From NCBI RefSeq assembly GCF_963921235.1, contig NC_086097.1, forward strand, positions 179,678,001 through 179,742,000: 64,000 nucleotides of DNA. The letters are read 5' to 3'. Shown here one piece after another: positions 25,801 to 40,200 of the stretch (position 1 is its first letter; every line of letters starts with the position of its first letter). Source of the stretch: Mobula hypostoma (lineage: Eukaryota). The notes under the pieces are model-generated. The model was not told where the DNA came from. It did no database searches and saw only the letters and a list, made by a program, of their open reading frames with translations. The translations under genes were made by a program, and so were the position numbers.

Positions 25801-28753
25801 AACAAATCCTAGAGAATCATCACCCTCTGGCTGAAGAAATTCCTCCTTATCTCATTTCTAAAGGAACGTTATTCTATTCTGAGGCTGTGCCCACGCATCC
25901 TGAGCTTCATAGCAATCCCTTCAATCCTTCTTCCCCATTTATCTCCCTGTAATCTAGTCTCTCTCACATACACATCAGCTCCAGTATAAATCAGCGTCAA
26001 GATCAGCACAACATTGTGTGTCAAACGACCTGTCCAGTGTTGTACTGTTCTAACTCCACCTAATTCTCCTGCCAGCAATTTACAGCCACCAACTGGCGTA
26101 CTGACCTACAGGTCCTTAGGGTGTGGGAGGAAACTGGAGCACCCATGCAGTCACAGCAAGAACATGCAAACTCCACACAGGCAGCACTGGAGGTCAGGAT
26201 CAAACCCGCGTACCTGGTGCTGTGAAACAGCAGCTCTACCAGCTGCCCTGCCCTTAGTGCAGGACACAGACTAATTGCTCTCAGAGCACCGACTTGCAGC
26301 TGTATCCTCCTCCTACAGGGTAAAGGATACAAATGCCAGAAAGCACATACCATCAGGCTCAAGACACCGTCTGCCTGTATGGTCCCCAATATGATAAATT
26401 TGGACTCTTGGCATCACAATCTACCTCAATTTGACTCTGTGCCTTATTGCCTGCCTGCACTGTATTTTCTCTGTAACTGTTACACTTCACTCTACGTGAT
26501 GTTATTGTTTTACCTTGTACTTAACGCACTGTGCAATGGGTTGATCTACATGCAAGACCATTGTACTTTAGTACGTGACAATTGTAAACCAATTTACCCA
26601 GCAAACCCTCCAGCTGAAGCTTGAGGGAGTGATGAATAATTTATGCACCATTGGAAACAGCTGGAAAGGCAGAAGATCTTTGAGTGATAAATCAATCAGT
26701 TGCTAGGTTACCAAAGTCTCAGGAGCATCGTGATCAGTTGGTCTAAATGGTAACAGCCATAAAACTTGGTGAACTTCATGAAATTGCTGAATAGCAATGA
26801 TTTTACTCGGGGTGAGGTGGGATAATTAACCTCAGGGGGAATATATCAACACTGATATTGCTGTCTGGTCTGAAGATAATTGAGCAATTTCCCTGCTCAG
26901 AAACTGCCGTTCTCCAAGTGTCTGAAATGGATTTTACCCTCAGAATTTGAGATGTAGAGCCACAGATTCAAACAGCACAGAATCAGGCCCTTTGGCCCAA
27001 CTGGTCTATGCTGACCAGCTCCCTTCTGAGCTAGTCTCATTTGCTCACAGTTGTCTCTTATCCCTCCATGCATGCGGCTGTCCAAGAGCCTTTTAAATGA
27101 CAACACCTACAGGTCAGGTACTACTTCAAGAGGGCAACATCCATTATCAATAATCCCCACTATCAGGACCATGGCACCTTCTCTCAGCTACCATCAGGTA
27201 GGAGGTACAGAAGCCTGAAGTCCCACACTACCATCTTCAGGGACAGCTGTTTCCCTTCAACCATCAGGCTTGTTGAACCAACATGCACAACCCTAACCCT
27301 ACCACAGTAATGGAACACTACAGACCAGCTCTTGCATTACCAGGAACTTGTCTCTGATTGTGTCTTTTTGTACTAATGTACAAAACATTAGCCCTTCCTT
27401 CTCTCTCTTCTCTGTCTTGTACAATTTATGTACAATGTAAATTCTGTGTGTCCTCTGTACCTGCGTGTCTGTGATGCTGCTGCAAGCAGGTTTTTCCCAT
27501 TGTACCCGTACAACACTGTACTTGCACACATGACAATAAAGTCACTTAGACTTGTAAACACTTTTAGGCAACAGGTGTCTGGAATTCACTGTCTGAAAGG
27601 GTGACAGAAACAATTTCAATCATTAATTTCAAAAAGATGGACAGTTGTGGTGGAAAGTATCAAGGATTATATGGGAAGGAAATGGCCTGTTCTTGCAGAG
27701 ACCTTTTGAGATTCAAGGGCTTGAGTGGTCTCTTTCAGTGCTGAGGCAAACCTAATACTGAGGTGATGTCTAATGTTGAAGCAGACACTTAAAAGAGAAG
27801 AGAGAAAATAAGCATTACATGTCTCTGTGCAACAGGCCACGCTTACCTTTCCTTTGTACATATACAGACTGAGGTAGTTTCCATGAGGGCTGTTGACGTG
27901 GAAGAGAACACCAGTCTGAGTTCGAGGGCGCACCTCAAAGAGGAGCTCCAAATCCTTGCCCACCACAAATGAGTTATCTGCAAACAAGCAACTAGGTGTT
28001 AGGCATTTACTGCACAAGTGTCTAAAATATCCAACCACTGGAGGACAATGGGTCCTCCCCCCCACCCCAATTTCAAACAAAGTGTGCCGAGGAGAGCAGG
28101 TAGAAAAGACACTGCAAGGAGGAAGGTTGGATAGGGAGGAGGAACAAGAGAAAGGAGAGGAGAGAAAGTGAATGAGAGAGAATGCAAGACAGGAAAGGGA
28201 GAGAAAGTGAAGCAGTGTGTAATAGAGACAAGAAAAAGAAAAAGAAAGTGCAATGCATTGTTTTGGCTCAATGACCAGCACAGTCCAAGGATGTACTGGG
28301 GGCTGCCCGCAAGAGTCACCATGCTTCAACATAGCATGCCCACAACTTACTAACCCAAAAGTCTTTGGAATATGGGAGGAAACTGGAACACCTATAAGAA
28401 ACTTGTGGGAGAGAAGTGGAGGAAGTGGGAGAAGAGCAAAAGAGAAAGAAGGACAGAAAAAAAGCGAGAAAAAGAAAATAAGTGAGAGAGGGAAAGAAAG
28501 CGAGAGAGAGAGAGGGAGAGAGGAGAGAGGAGAGAGGAAAGAGGAGAGAGGAGAGAAGAGAGGAGAGAGGAGAGAGGAGAGGAGAGGAGAGAGGAGAGGA
28601 GAGAGGAGAGGAGAGAGGAGAGAGGAGAGAGGAGAGAGGAGAGAGGAGAGGAGAGAGGAGGGAGAGGAGAGAGGAGAGGAGAGAGGAGAGAGAGGAGAGA
28701 GGAGAGAGGAGAGAGAGAGAGAGGAGAGAGGAGAGAGGAGAGAGAGAGAGGAG

Positions 28754-28791
<38 letters not shown>

Positions 28792-31700
28792 GAGAGAGGA
28801 GAGAGGAGAGAGGAGAAGGAGAGAGGAGAGAGGAGAGAGGAGAGAGGAGAGAGGAGAGAGGAGAGAGGAGAGAGGAGAGAGGAGAGAGGAGAGAGGAGAG
28901 AGGAGAGAGAGCAGTCACTGAAGGTAATGTAGAAATATAAAGCAGAACTATGTGTATGTCAAGGTCAACCCCTCACTTAAGTTTACATCCAACCGGTATA
29001 ACCCTCAGAGTCCAAACATTAATGCTTCTAACCCAATTTATAAATTATTATGGAAATGCACTGACAGTAACATGGTTGATAATACCTTTAACTTCAAAAG
29101 TTGTCCATAACATTTGGTCAAGATCAAAGATGTTATAAAACACTTTTAAAAATTAATTTGTACACAGATGTGGATGTGTACATCAGGTCCAGCAGTTATT
29201 GTGCAATTCTGATTGCCCAGAATCTGAGGCAATTAAGAGTTACTCACATTGGTGAGTCTAGCGTCACATACTGTATGGCCCAGACTGGGTAAGGATGGCA
29301 AATTTAATCTCCGAAGGACATTGAGTTTTTATACATTAATCTGTAGATTCAAGGGTGCTTTTAAGTTCCATTGTTATTTGATTACATTAATATTTTCCCA
29401 TTCTGCAATGATGTGATTTGAATTTAAGCCTCTGGGCCAATCACCCATACTTTTGGCTTATCACTTAGTTACCCCATCATTACTCCACACATCAATAAAT
29501 GGACTGAAACGCGATTTGGAATGCAACTTTTAGAGGGAATCAAGTAAATCAGAAAAAGTTAGGACACTTGTGAAAAGCACAGAAGAGGGAATAATTTCAG
29601 AGAGCTATCACAAACACGATGGGCCAAATGGTTTCTTTTGAAATGCACAAGGACCAAATATTCCATGAGATCCAAACTGAAAGCTTAATTTGGAGACACA
29701 AAAGACTGCAGATAGTGGACTCTGAAACAACGAACGATCTGCTGGAGGAAGGTAGCAGATTGAACAACATCCATGGGGTGAAAGGAATTACCAACATTTG
29801 TCCTGAAAACACTGACATTTCCTCTCCCCCAAAGATGCTGCTTGACCTGCTGAGATTTTCCAGTAGTTTTTTTTTTGCAGAAAGTCTCTTCCAGAGGAGA
29901 CTGAGAAAAGTATAACAAACCTAAAACAAGATGTGCTCCCTCTGCTGCAAAGTAAGCTCCTGGCTCAGTGTTGCCCTCAAAGCATGGTGTGACTCCAAAC
30001 GTCCGCGAAGGAGGGTGCAGCTGATTACCATCCAGTTTAAAGTTCCTTATGCATCCATGGAAGCTCTGTCGTGGCAACTGCCAGACATATAAAAGATTAT
30101 TAACAGAATCAAATTAGTAATGTTTGTCAACCAATTGCAAACTATGACAAGCGAGGAGAGGGTGGAGCTGAGTGAACAAATAGATAGGATGAATACCAGG
30201 CTCAAGGACAGCTCCTTCCCACTTTGTAAGACTATTGAACAGTCTGATAGGATGGACTTTGGACTTTTGGCCTTGCAGTATACCTTGTTATGACCTTGTA
30301 CCTTAGTGTCTGTCTGCATTGCAATTTCTCTAGAGCTGTTACACCTTTTTTTTACATTTTGTATTTGTTTTACCTTGTACCACCTGAATGAATTGATCTG
30401 TATGAACAGTATTGAAAGACAAGTTTTTCACTGTACCTCAGTGCAGGTGAAAATGATAAACTAATCACAATTCCAATTTTAAAAAGCACGGCCTTTTTCC
30501 AGGGTTGGAGAAATGGAGATGAGAGGAGAGAGATTTGATAGCAACCCAAGGACCGAGAAGCTACTTTCTCACCCAGAGGATGTTGCATATATGGAACAAG
30601 CTGAGATGGGTATGTTAGCAACATTTAAGAGGCAGTTGGACAGGTACATGTATAGGAAAGGTTTAGAGGAAGATAGGCCAATCGCGAGCAAATAGGCTTG
30701 CCTTAGATTGGACATATCGTCACCATGAACGTGTTGGGCCAAAGAGTCTGTTTCAGTGGTGTATGTAGGACTCCACGACTCTAAGAGCTGGTAGGTGATG
30801 AGTGAATCCAGGTGAGGAGGAGTGATAGGTAGATGGAGGACGGGAAAGTGGGAATAGTGACGGAGGCAGGAGGTAAGAGGAGAAGGGCTACTTAGGTCTA
30901 CAAAGTGCTAGTCCTTTGTCCATACTGATAGCTACCAGGAGTGCGGATGGGAAGAATGAGGGTAGGGGACCCAGTGAGAGGTTTTGTGTGCGCGATGGGT
31001 AGATGGACTGGATGAAGGAGGTAAAAGAGAACAGGGTGACGGGGGCTGGGATGGGTGCAGGAGGAACGGGATAGATCAGGGGTAGAGAGGGGAGGGGAAA
31101 GAGGGGGACCGGGTTATGTGCAAAGATAAGAATGAAGCATGTAAAGTTCACTTTACCTTGTGACTGTGCTGTCCTTTCTTAGGGGGTAACCCACCCAGGT
31201 AGAATGGTGATTCCACTTTCAGGGATGGATTACTGGCCACAGTATCCTGCTGTGTCCGAAGCCCATCAATAACAAGCTTTCCTCTGTTATTTTCGCGACT
31301 GAACACCACCTTTGAAGTAAAAAACAGGCAAATTAGGCAGGGATCAGTACAGCGAGGTTGAGCATAGTATAACATTCCTAGTCACTGTGTTACAGGAGAG
31401 ATCGCACTGGGCAGGGTGCAGAGGACATCTTGCCAACACTGGAAGAATGGAAAGGTTGAGATTGCTGTCTTTGGAGAAGAGAAGATTGAGGGGGCACTTA
31501 GCTGTGATGTATAAAATGAGGAGGCTCTATACAGTAAATATGGGCAGCACAGCGGTACAGCTAGTAGACCTGCTGTCTCAGAGGTCCAGTGACATAGGTT
31601 CAATCTTGACCTCAGGTGTTATATGTGTGGAGCTTGTATGTTATCTGTCTGACCTCATGGGTTTCTTTTAGATGCTCTGGGATCAAGTTCAAGTTTATTG

Positions 31701-34700
31701 TCATTTCAACTGTATACGTGTATACCGCCAAATGAAACAACATTCCTCTGGACCAAGGTGCGCAACACAGTATGTATAACTCACACACAACATTAAAGAA
31801 ATACAGTGGATCCCATCAGGTCAGATGCTTATTTGTGATAACTCTTAAAGAACAAAAACTAATCAATAAAAGTCAGGATTCCCTTTGTTTATTTGGGACA
31901 CCGTGCCACTTAATTGAGGCAGAACAGTGTTGCCAAACAGCTTCCAACTAGAGTCAGACACGTGCACCTTAGTGGCCATTAGGCACTGAACAATGTGTAG
32001 AGTTGGATAGGTTTTTGCATAACAAGGGAATTAAGGGTTATGGGGAAAAGGCAGGTAGGTGCAGATGAGTGCATGGTCAGATCAGCCATGGTCTTATTGA
32101 ATGGTGGAGCAGGCTCAATGGGCCAGATGGTCTACTCCTGCTCCTATTTCTTATGTTCTTATGTAGAGTAAAACAGTTTTTAAATAGAGTCAGTTACGTG
32201 CATTTGTGTTCAAAGAGCAGTGATTTTGTCACCGATAGTTGGTGAAAAATAAGTAGTAAGATAATTCAGAACGGTTTTGCTCACTGCAGTTTCAAGCATT
32301 CAAGTGTGGAGATGTCAGAAGCAGCTGGGAGTGAAAATGAAACAATTTCATTACTTCAACAAGTTAGGGACTATGACAAATTTGAAGGCATCAACAATCA
32401 TCTTGAATCTTACAATGAAAATGAAGATTTGGAGGACGCATTTGTTAACAGCATCGTATGGAGGCAGTCCATTATCTACACGAGGTGCCTGCTCTGATTT
32501 TGTTCATTTATAGTCAATGAAAAGAATGTGACAGTGTACAGGTACTCTGGATGAATTCCTCCGTTGATAACAAAGACACAGTCTTATAGTTCTGTCGTGG
32601 TCTTGATAGTATTCTAATTAGTTCTGTATTTCATTTAAGTATGTAATTTGTTGCTCAGTTAAATGGTAGTTTGTCTTTTAGATATCTTTTTAACTATTTC
32701 CATGAAACTTCAGCTGATTGGGGCAGTTGCTTAATTGGGCCAAAATGTACTGGTCCCACTGTGCTCCAATTAACCAAAATCTACTGTATTAACAAATTAT
32801 AAAATTTATATCACAAGTTTTAAAAGTAAATAGCATAACGCTACTGGTGCTTCATATGTGGTGAGGCCTGGATGGCGGCAGACAGTTCGGTAATCTCCCA
32901 CATCTCAAAATCTTGAAGTTGGTGTGTTCATTGGCCACTGTAAATTGAATGTAGTGTTATAGGATGGCAGAGAATTGAGCAGATTGTTATAGAATCATAG
33001 TGTCAAATGGCACAGAAACAGGTTGTTCAGCCCATCATGTCTCTGCCACTGTTTTGGGCCATCCACATTCAAGCCATTTGCCCACATTAGGAATCCACTC
33101 TTCCACACCATACCATTTTGTCCCTTAAATGTCCCTTAAACAGAGTGATTGCATCTGATTCCACCCCCTCCTCTGGCACTAAGCTTTAGATATCAACCAC
33201 TCTGCTTTCAAGAGAAGAGTCCCGTCAATTTTTTTCCTTTCACTGTAAACCTATGCCCGCTTGTTTCTGAATCACCTAACAATGGAAAAAATTCAGATAA
33301 TTTTCTCCCTCATATTCCTGTACCTATCTGAAGCAAGAGAAAGTTTGCAGAGCTGGAAATGTGTGTGTTGCTTATACACATCGATCAGGCCTCCCCTCAG
33401 CCTCCTTCCCTCCAGGGGAAATTAGCCCAGCCTATTCACTCTCTCCCCTTAACTAACATCCTCCAAACCAGACATCATACTGGGGAATCTCCTTCGTACA
33501 CTCTCCAGCACAAACACACCCTCCCTATAGTGCGGTGAGCAAAACTGCACACAGTACTCCAAGTGCAGTCTAAACAATGTTTTGTAAAGTTGTAACACAA
33601 TATTCCAATTCTTGGACTCTTGTCTTGATCTGTGAAGGCAAGCATGCCAGATGCCTTCACAATTACCCTACCCACCTATGTTACCACTTGCAGGGACCAT
33701 GGTCTTGGAACCCAACGTCTCACTGTCATTAAGGACTCATTGACTGCAGAGAAGTCAAAGCAGAGCCCATCAAAGCCTTCGAAAGGGAACAGGATAGGTG
33801 CCTACTGGTTGGTGTGGGTTGGGTAGGCAGAATGGCTTGTTTCTATGCTATAAGATTTTTTGAGGATGGATTGTAATTGGAGTCAGTACTGATGTGATGG
33901 ATTGAATGAAGATCTCTGTGGTATTTGTTTTTATGAGGTACCAGAAGTAGAAGAGGGTGTAAGTTCTTTCCTTACTGTCCATCGAACCCCCCCCCCCACC
34001 CACTCCCAGCTCACCGTGTGCCACTGCCCATCGTTATGTTTTGACCTGCTCCGGATTTTCAGTCGCTTCCCGTCAACAGCGAAGACAAAGAAAAAGCGGC
34101 CTCTTGAAATGTAAAGGGTCATGTAGGATTTCTCCGATGCATCTGCCACATAGAAGATGACTCCTTCTGGGGCAACTGTCCGTACATCAATGGAAAACTT
34201 TGACCTGAAACACAGCAACATTACAGTGAGAATATGTGCAAATGGATTTATGATCCCCGAGTACAGAGGCGGGAGGCGATGGGTGATGTCAGAGAGAAAA
34301 CGCACTGACTTCCTTTGACATCTCAACCTGGTCTGATGTCAGCAATGTGTGAGGTCTGAAATTACTCAGAGTCACAGACAACATAAACTGGCTCTTCTGC
34401 CCAATTTGTACATACTGACCAAGATAGTCCATTTGTCTGCATATGGCCCACATCCTTCTAAATAATATACAATGAAAAAGAATAAAAGGTGGTACTGAAG
34501 TGTGGCTTCTTAATACAAGCTACTCTTTACAGACCTACTCATTACTTCTATTGTAACTGTTCTACTCTTTCAAATCAAAATTCTTTATCTCTAATAATAT
34601 GTTTTATTCTGCATTCTGTTCCTGTTTGATCTCAATACATTGTTTTAATGATTTGATGTATATGGACAGTATGCAAGATAAATTTATCACTGCACTCTGT

Positions 34701-37233
34701 AATGTTACAATAGTAACCTATTCACTAATTACACTTTCCTCTCTTTGTACCCATTCAAATGTCTTTTAAACGTTGTGATTGTACTTGCTTCAACCACTTC
34801 ATCTGGCAGCTCATTTTATATATCCATCACCTTCTGTATGGAAAAAATTTGCTCCTCTCACCTTAAAAGCTATGCCCTCCAATTCTGGAATCCCCAACCC
34901 TGGGAAAGCAAAGCTCTGTCTATCCTATCAGATTTATAAACCTGCATGAGGCCACCCTTCAGTCCCCTATGTTCCAGTGAGGACAAGCGCAGCCTGTCCA
35001 ATCTCTCGATATAACCAGAGATCTCCTACCCAAGCGCTATCCTTGTGAATCTCTTCTGTACTCTCTTTATTGCTACCTCATCTGTCCTACAGTGTGGTGA
35101 CCAGAATGGTACACAATACTCCAAGTGTGGTCTGACCAACGTTTTGTACCACTGTAATGTGACATCCCAACCACCCTTTGCATGAAGAAGCTGCTCGATG
35201 TTCCTTTTCAGTCTCTCACCTTTGATCTTAAACCAATTCCCTCTTGTTTTAGCACCCTCTCCTGGGGAAAAATATGTGCTTTCACCCTGTCAATGTCCCG
35301 TCATGATCTTATATACCTCTATCAGGTCACCCCTCACTCTCCTACATTCCAGGAAATAAAGTCTTAGCCTGTGCAATCGCTGCTTGTAACTCGGGCCCCC
35401 AAATCCAGGCAACATCCCAGTAAGTCTTTTCTACACTTCTTCTGGTTTGATAGCATCTTTCCTATGGAAGGGCGATCAAAACTGTCACAGTACTCCAAGT
35501 GCAGCCTCACTAACCATTTATAGAACTTCAGCATAACTTCCCAATTTTGATGTTCAGTACCCTGAATTGTTTGAGTTTGGTGGGTGAATTTAAGGAGGAT
35601 GTGGGTAGCTGTGTGAAAGAAAAAGAAAGGTAGTGTGTGAGATGGTTGAAGAAGAATGGGAAATAATTGTGGCACCAATTACTGCCAGCTTCTGAATGAG
35701 CACTTGGAATGCTCAGAGCTGGGAAATGGGATTAAACTAGTTAGATTTTTAGATAGTGGACACAATGGGCTGAACGGCCTCCTTCTGAATTTCAGTGATA
35801 CTTGTGGAGTCAGAATCTAGAGTCTTTGCTAACAGAATCATACAGCACAGAAACAGGTCCTTCAGCACAACTGGACCATGCCAGCCATGATGTCCCTTCA
35901 AAGCCAGGTCCATTTGCCTGTGTTTGGCCCTTAGCCTTCCGAACCTTTCCAATCCATAAACTCATCCAATTGTCTTTTAAAAGTTTTAATTGAACCTGCC
36001 CCAACCACTTTCTCTGGCAGCTAATTCCATATAGATACCACCCTTTATATAAAAAAGTTGCCCCTCAGGTTCCTATCAAGTCTCTCCCCTCTCACCTTAA
36101 AATGATGCTTAGTTCTTGATTCACTAACTATGGGGAAAAGGCTATGTATGTTCACACTATCTATGCTCCTCGTGACTTTATACACCCCTATACGATCACC
36201 TGTCCAATGCTCCAGCGAATAATGTCCTAGCCTTTCCATTCTCTCCCTACAACACAGTCCCTCAAGTTCTGGCAAAATGCTTGCAAATCTTTTCTGTACT
36301 CTTTCAGTTTAATAACATCTTTCCTATAATGATTGAGAGACTTTAAATCCCTGCAGTGCAGCTGATAATTCTTAATTCAGTTCACCAAATAAGCCTGGAG
36401 AAGAAAGTTGGTCTTGGTTGTAGTTACCATGAACTGCACTAAGTCTTGAAAAACCCATTGCACTCTCTGAAGTCCCTCCAGAACAAATATCTATTGTTAA
36501 CTGAATTACCTAGTCTGGCCTGTATGTGACTCCGGAACAAACACTGTACTTGACTCTGAACTGCCCTGTAACACAGCAGAGTGAGCCGCTCAGTTTAAAG
36601 CCCATCAGGGATGGGCAATGTTGACCTTCAGCCAATAAAAAGTAAAATAAAAACACCCATAATTACCTTTCATTAAACGACTTGGGAATGTGATTGTACT
36701 CCAGTCGACTATATGGTGAATTTCCAAATTGGTAGGCTCCATTGATTGCCTTTGGTTGCCATGACATCTGACATCCATTAAACTCCTGGCCTGTACTTTC
36801 TTTTGTTGAAAGCTCAGGAACAACTTTGTGATTCTTTCCATTCTGCTTCAAGGGAAATATTATATCAGCATGAACCCTCTGTTAGTGTTAGCTGTTCATT
36901 AATGTTACTCTAAGTTCTGTGGTAGCAGTTTTACACACCTTACTGATCTTCATGGTCTCCTGGCCGTTTGGCTTTCTGCCTTCTTTTAACATGAGCATTT
37001 CTGGAGCTCTCTGTTGGCGACAGGTATCCAGCCTTACATTGGAATCCTCAGTCAAAAACATGAAATTTTCAACTTTAGGATCTTGGTTTACCCTAAGAAG
37101 GGAGATAGAGTTGTGATTAGTCAGGGCTTTCTTGAGATTTGAATGTGGATAGGCTTATGGAATGCAACAGAAAATAGGGGAGAGGAGGAGGGAAGGGGAG
37201 GGAGGCGGAGGGAGGGGGAAGGAAGGGAAGAAA

Positions 37234-37272
<39 letters not shown>

Positions 37273-40200
37273 TAGATAGATATCAAATGTATTTACTTCT
37301 TCAAAAAGACATTGTTGATACAGCCATCAAAGTTCTGTACGTCTTTGTTCCCTCCCAAGTACACTGTGTCTTCTGGGGCACGTTCTTCCACTCCCAGTTG
37401 TGTGTCCCTCCGGTCCAGGTCATCTACGTTTAGGTAGACCCTAGAAATGTAAACAAAGAGGAAGTGGTGACTATATCATAATAACTTGCTATTACCACTG
37501 TTAGTACCCAGATGGATGTTGTTTCTCAGGCTTACATTAGGCTTTGTTATAACAGTGCAGGAGGCCACAGCGACCTACATTTTGCTCATCATTTCTGTAA
37601 TACAATTAAATGACCATCTTGAGTGAAAAGACTGGAAAACAGTTTCCTAGGAATTGCTCACAGCTCCATGTGCCGTGCGGATGGGGTGTCTGGTCCGAGA
37701 GACTCTCACATATCGACTGCAAGAGACAATTTACTGAGTTAACAAAAGATCCAGGAAACAACAGTATGAACACACCTGCCGTTCTGTTTCCGGACTGAGA
37801 CATAGTGGTCAGTGCCATCATTGAAAGAGCTTTTAGATGTGAGGGGTCTCCCAAGAACGTTCACCTTCACTTTTCCATTTTCCAGAGAGACTTCAAGATG
37901 GTCCTACAAAAGTAAAAGAGATGTTTACGTTCAGAATATGGCAATGGCAGTGTTGCTTAATAATCCAAAATAACACAACATTTGAAAGTCAGAGTAAAGT
38001 TAAGTGTCATATTGGGAACGAAGGACTTGATTTTGGTCATTAGCCACACAGTTAGTGTAGGTAACATTGTACTTGAAGAATAAGGAGCAGTTGGTAGGTG
38101 GGATTGGATGGGAAAGGGAGAAGGATTGGTGGGATGCCTGTGGGAAAGAGCGGGTTTAGACAGGGCTGATTGCTGGGAGGGGCTAGTGGGGTTGGGGGTA
38201 AGAGTGGACAGGGCTAGTTGCTGGTGGATTGGAACCAGATTTGGGTGGTGCTGACTGTGGGTGCATAGTTTGGAATTAATGAGCCAGGAGAGGCTACAGA
38301 ATAGGTTCACCAGGATGCTGCTTAGATCAGTGAGTTTTAGCTGTAAGAAACTGGACAAACTTGGGTTGTTTTCTCTGAAGCATCGGAGGCCAAAGGGACA
38401 CTGGACAGAGATTTATAAGATTATGAAAAGCAAAGATAGCATCTTTTTCCAGGGGTTGAAATACTCAAGGACAAGCATATAAAGTGAGAGGGGATAAGTT
38501 TAAAAGAGAAGAGCAGGGCAAGTTGTTATACACAGAGTGTTGTGGGTGCCTGAAACAGGCTGTCAGGGAAGACGTAAAAAGCAGATTCAACATTAAAGTT
38601 TAAGAGGCTGTTAGACAAATAGGGAATTTTGAGATATAGATCATGTGCAGGCAGATAGGTTTAGTCCAATTCTGAGGGTTGCTCCTGGACTAACACTTAC
38701 CCCTTCATCAAAAGCTAAAATAACAGATTATCAAGCCCTTATCGCATGGTAGCTGTGCGAGTTTCTATGCACGTTGGATTGCTTCCAGCAATGTCTGTTT
38801 CACTCCTGCTGAAACATTTGGGGCTGTGAAAGGTGCTACATAAATATATCAGCAGTGAATATTCCAACACATTTAGCCTTCGTGTACTGGGGTTTACTTT
38901 TTTCTCTGAAGGATGGCTTTCTATGCTTTGGAGAGTTTGGAGAACTTTGTGACTACACGACAATCATTGACTGCTTCATCAATTTTTGGTGGAGGAAGGA
39001 GGAAGGCACTCACCTTTCCATAAGAAAACAGCAGGGCGTTGAGCTGACTTGTAGAGAAACCGAATCCAATGTAGAAGTTGGCAGGGAAGGAGATTCTGGA
39101 GGCATTCAGGCCCAAGAACCCCTTGCCGGTGAAGTGGGCATTCCGTACCAGCTGATGGAAGCAACAGGAGAAACATGAGATCACTTGGCAAGGACCCATG
39201 AGTTTGTCCCGCTATTCATCACCATCGTGTCTCATCTTCAGCTCAACACGTCCATGCTGACTATATTGCCTAGTGAGCTAGTATCATCTGCCTGTGTTTG
39301 GCCCATTGTCCTCTAAACCTCTCCTATCCATGTACTTCTCCAGATGGCTTCTAAATGTTGCTCATATACTCGCCTCAGTTAATATTTCTGGCTGTTCATT
39401 GCAAATGCACATTGTGTGAAGAAGTTGCCCTGATGTCCCTTTTAAATCTCTCGCCTCTGATCTTGAACCTCTGCACTCTTGTTTTTAGCACCCCCTCCCT
39501 GGGAAAGAGACTGTGTGTTGTCACCCTGTCTTTGCCCCCATGATCTTATACATCTCTCTCAGGCTACCCCTCAATCTCCTACATTCCAGGGAATGAGCAC
39601 CATTTTCCTGGACAATCCTCAAATTCATTGGCTCCCTTAATATTCAGACGCTCATCCATGCTTTGATGAAACTCAACACCGAGTTCCCGTAACCCCCAGG
39701 GTAGAGATTTCTAAAGATTTACCATTCTCTGAGTGAAGACATTTCTCCTCATCCCTGTCCTCAACAGACAACCCTTTAGTCTGGGATTGTGCCCACTGGT
39801 CCTAAAATCCTCAACCAGGATAAACATCATATCAAGGGCTGAAAGGGTTTTGTGAGTTTTGATGAAATCACCTCCTGTTTAAGCTCTCGAACATAGAGGC
39901 CAAGTCTGCTCAATCTCATCATAAGGCAAACCTACCATCAATGGAACCAGTCTGGGGAACTTTTGCTGAACCCATCCCTTCTTAGATAAGGAGACAAAAA
40001 CTGCATGAGAGTCCTCGTGAAATCCCACCAAGGTCCAATGCAAAGATTTGCAAATTACTTCCTATCTTATTCCTATTGTGTTCCAGATTCCTGAAATACT
40101 TCTGTCATATGCTCCTTATCAGTAATCTACCTGAGTACCAGTATAACAACAAATTCTTAAGGCGACTTCTGAAAGAGTCTGGAGTGTGTGAAGGAGGCAT

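Noticed and set aside
28253..28940. Long E/R/G-rich and L/S/P-rich ORFs
   Set aside because: Translations of the (GAGAG)n repeat, which has no stop codons
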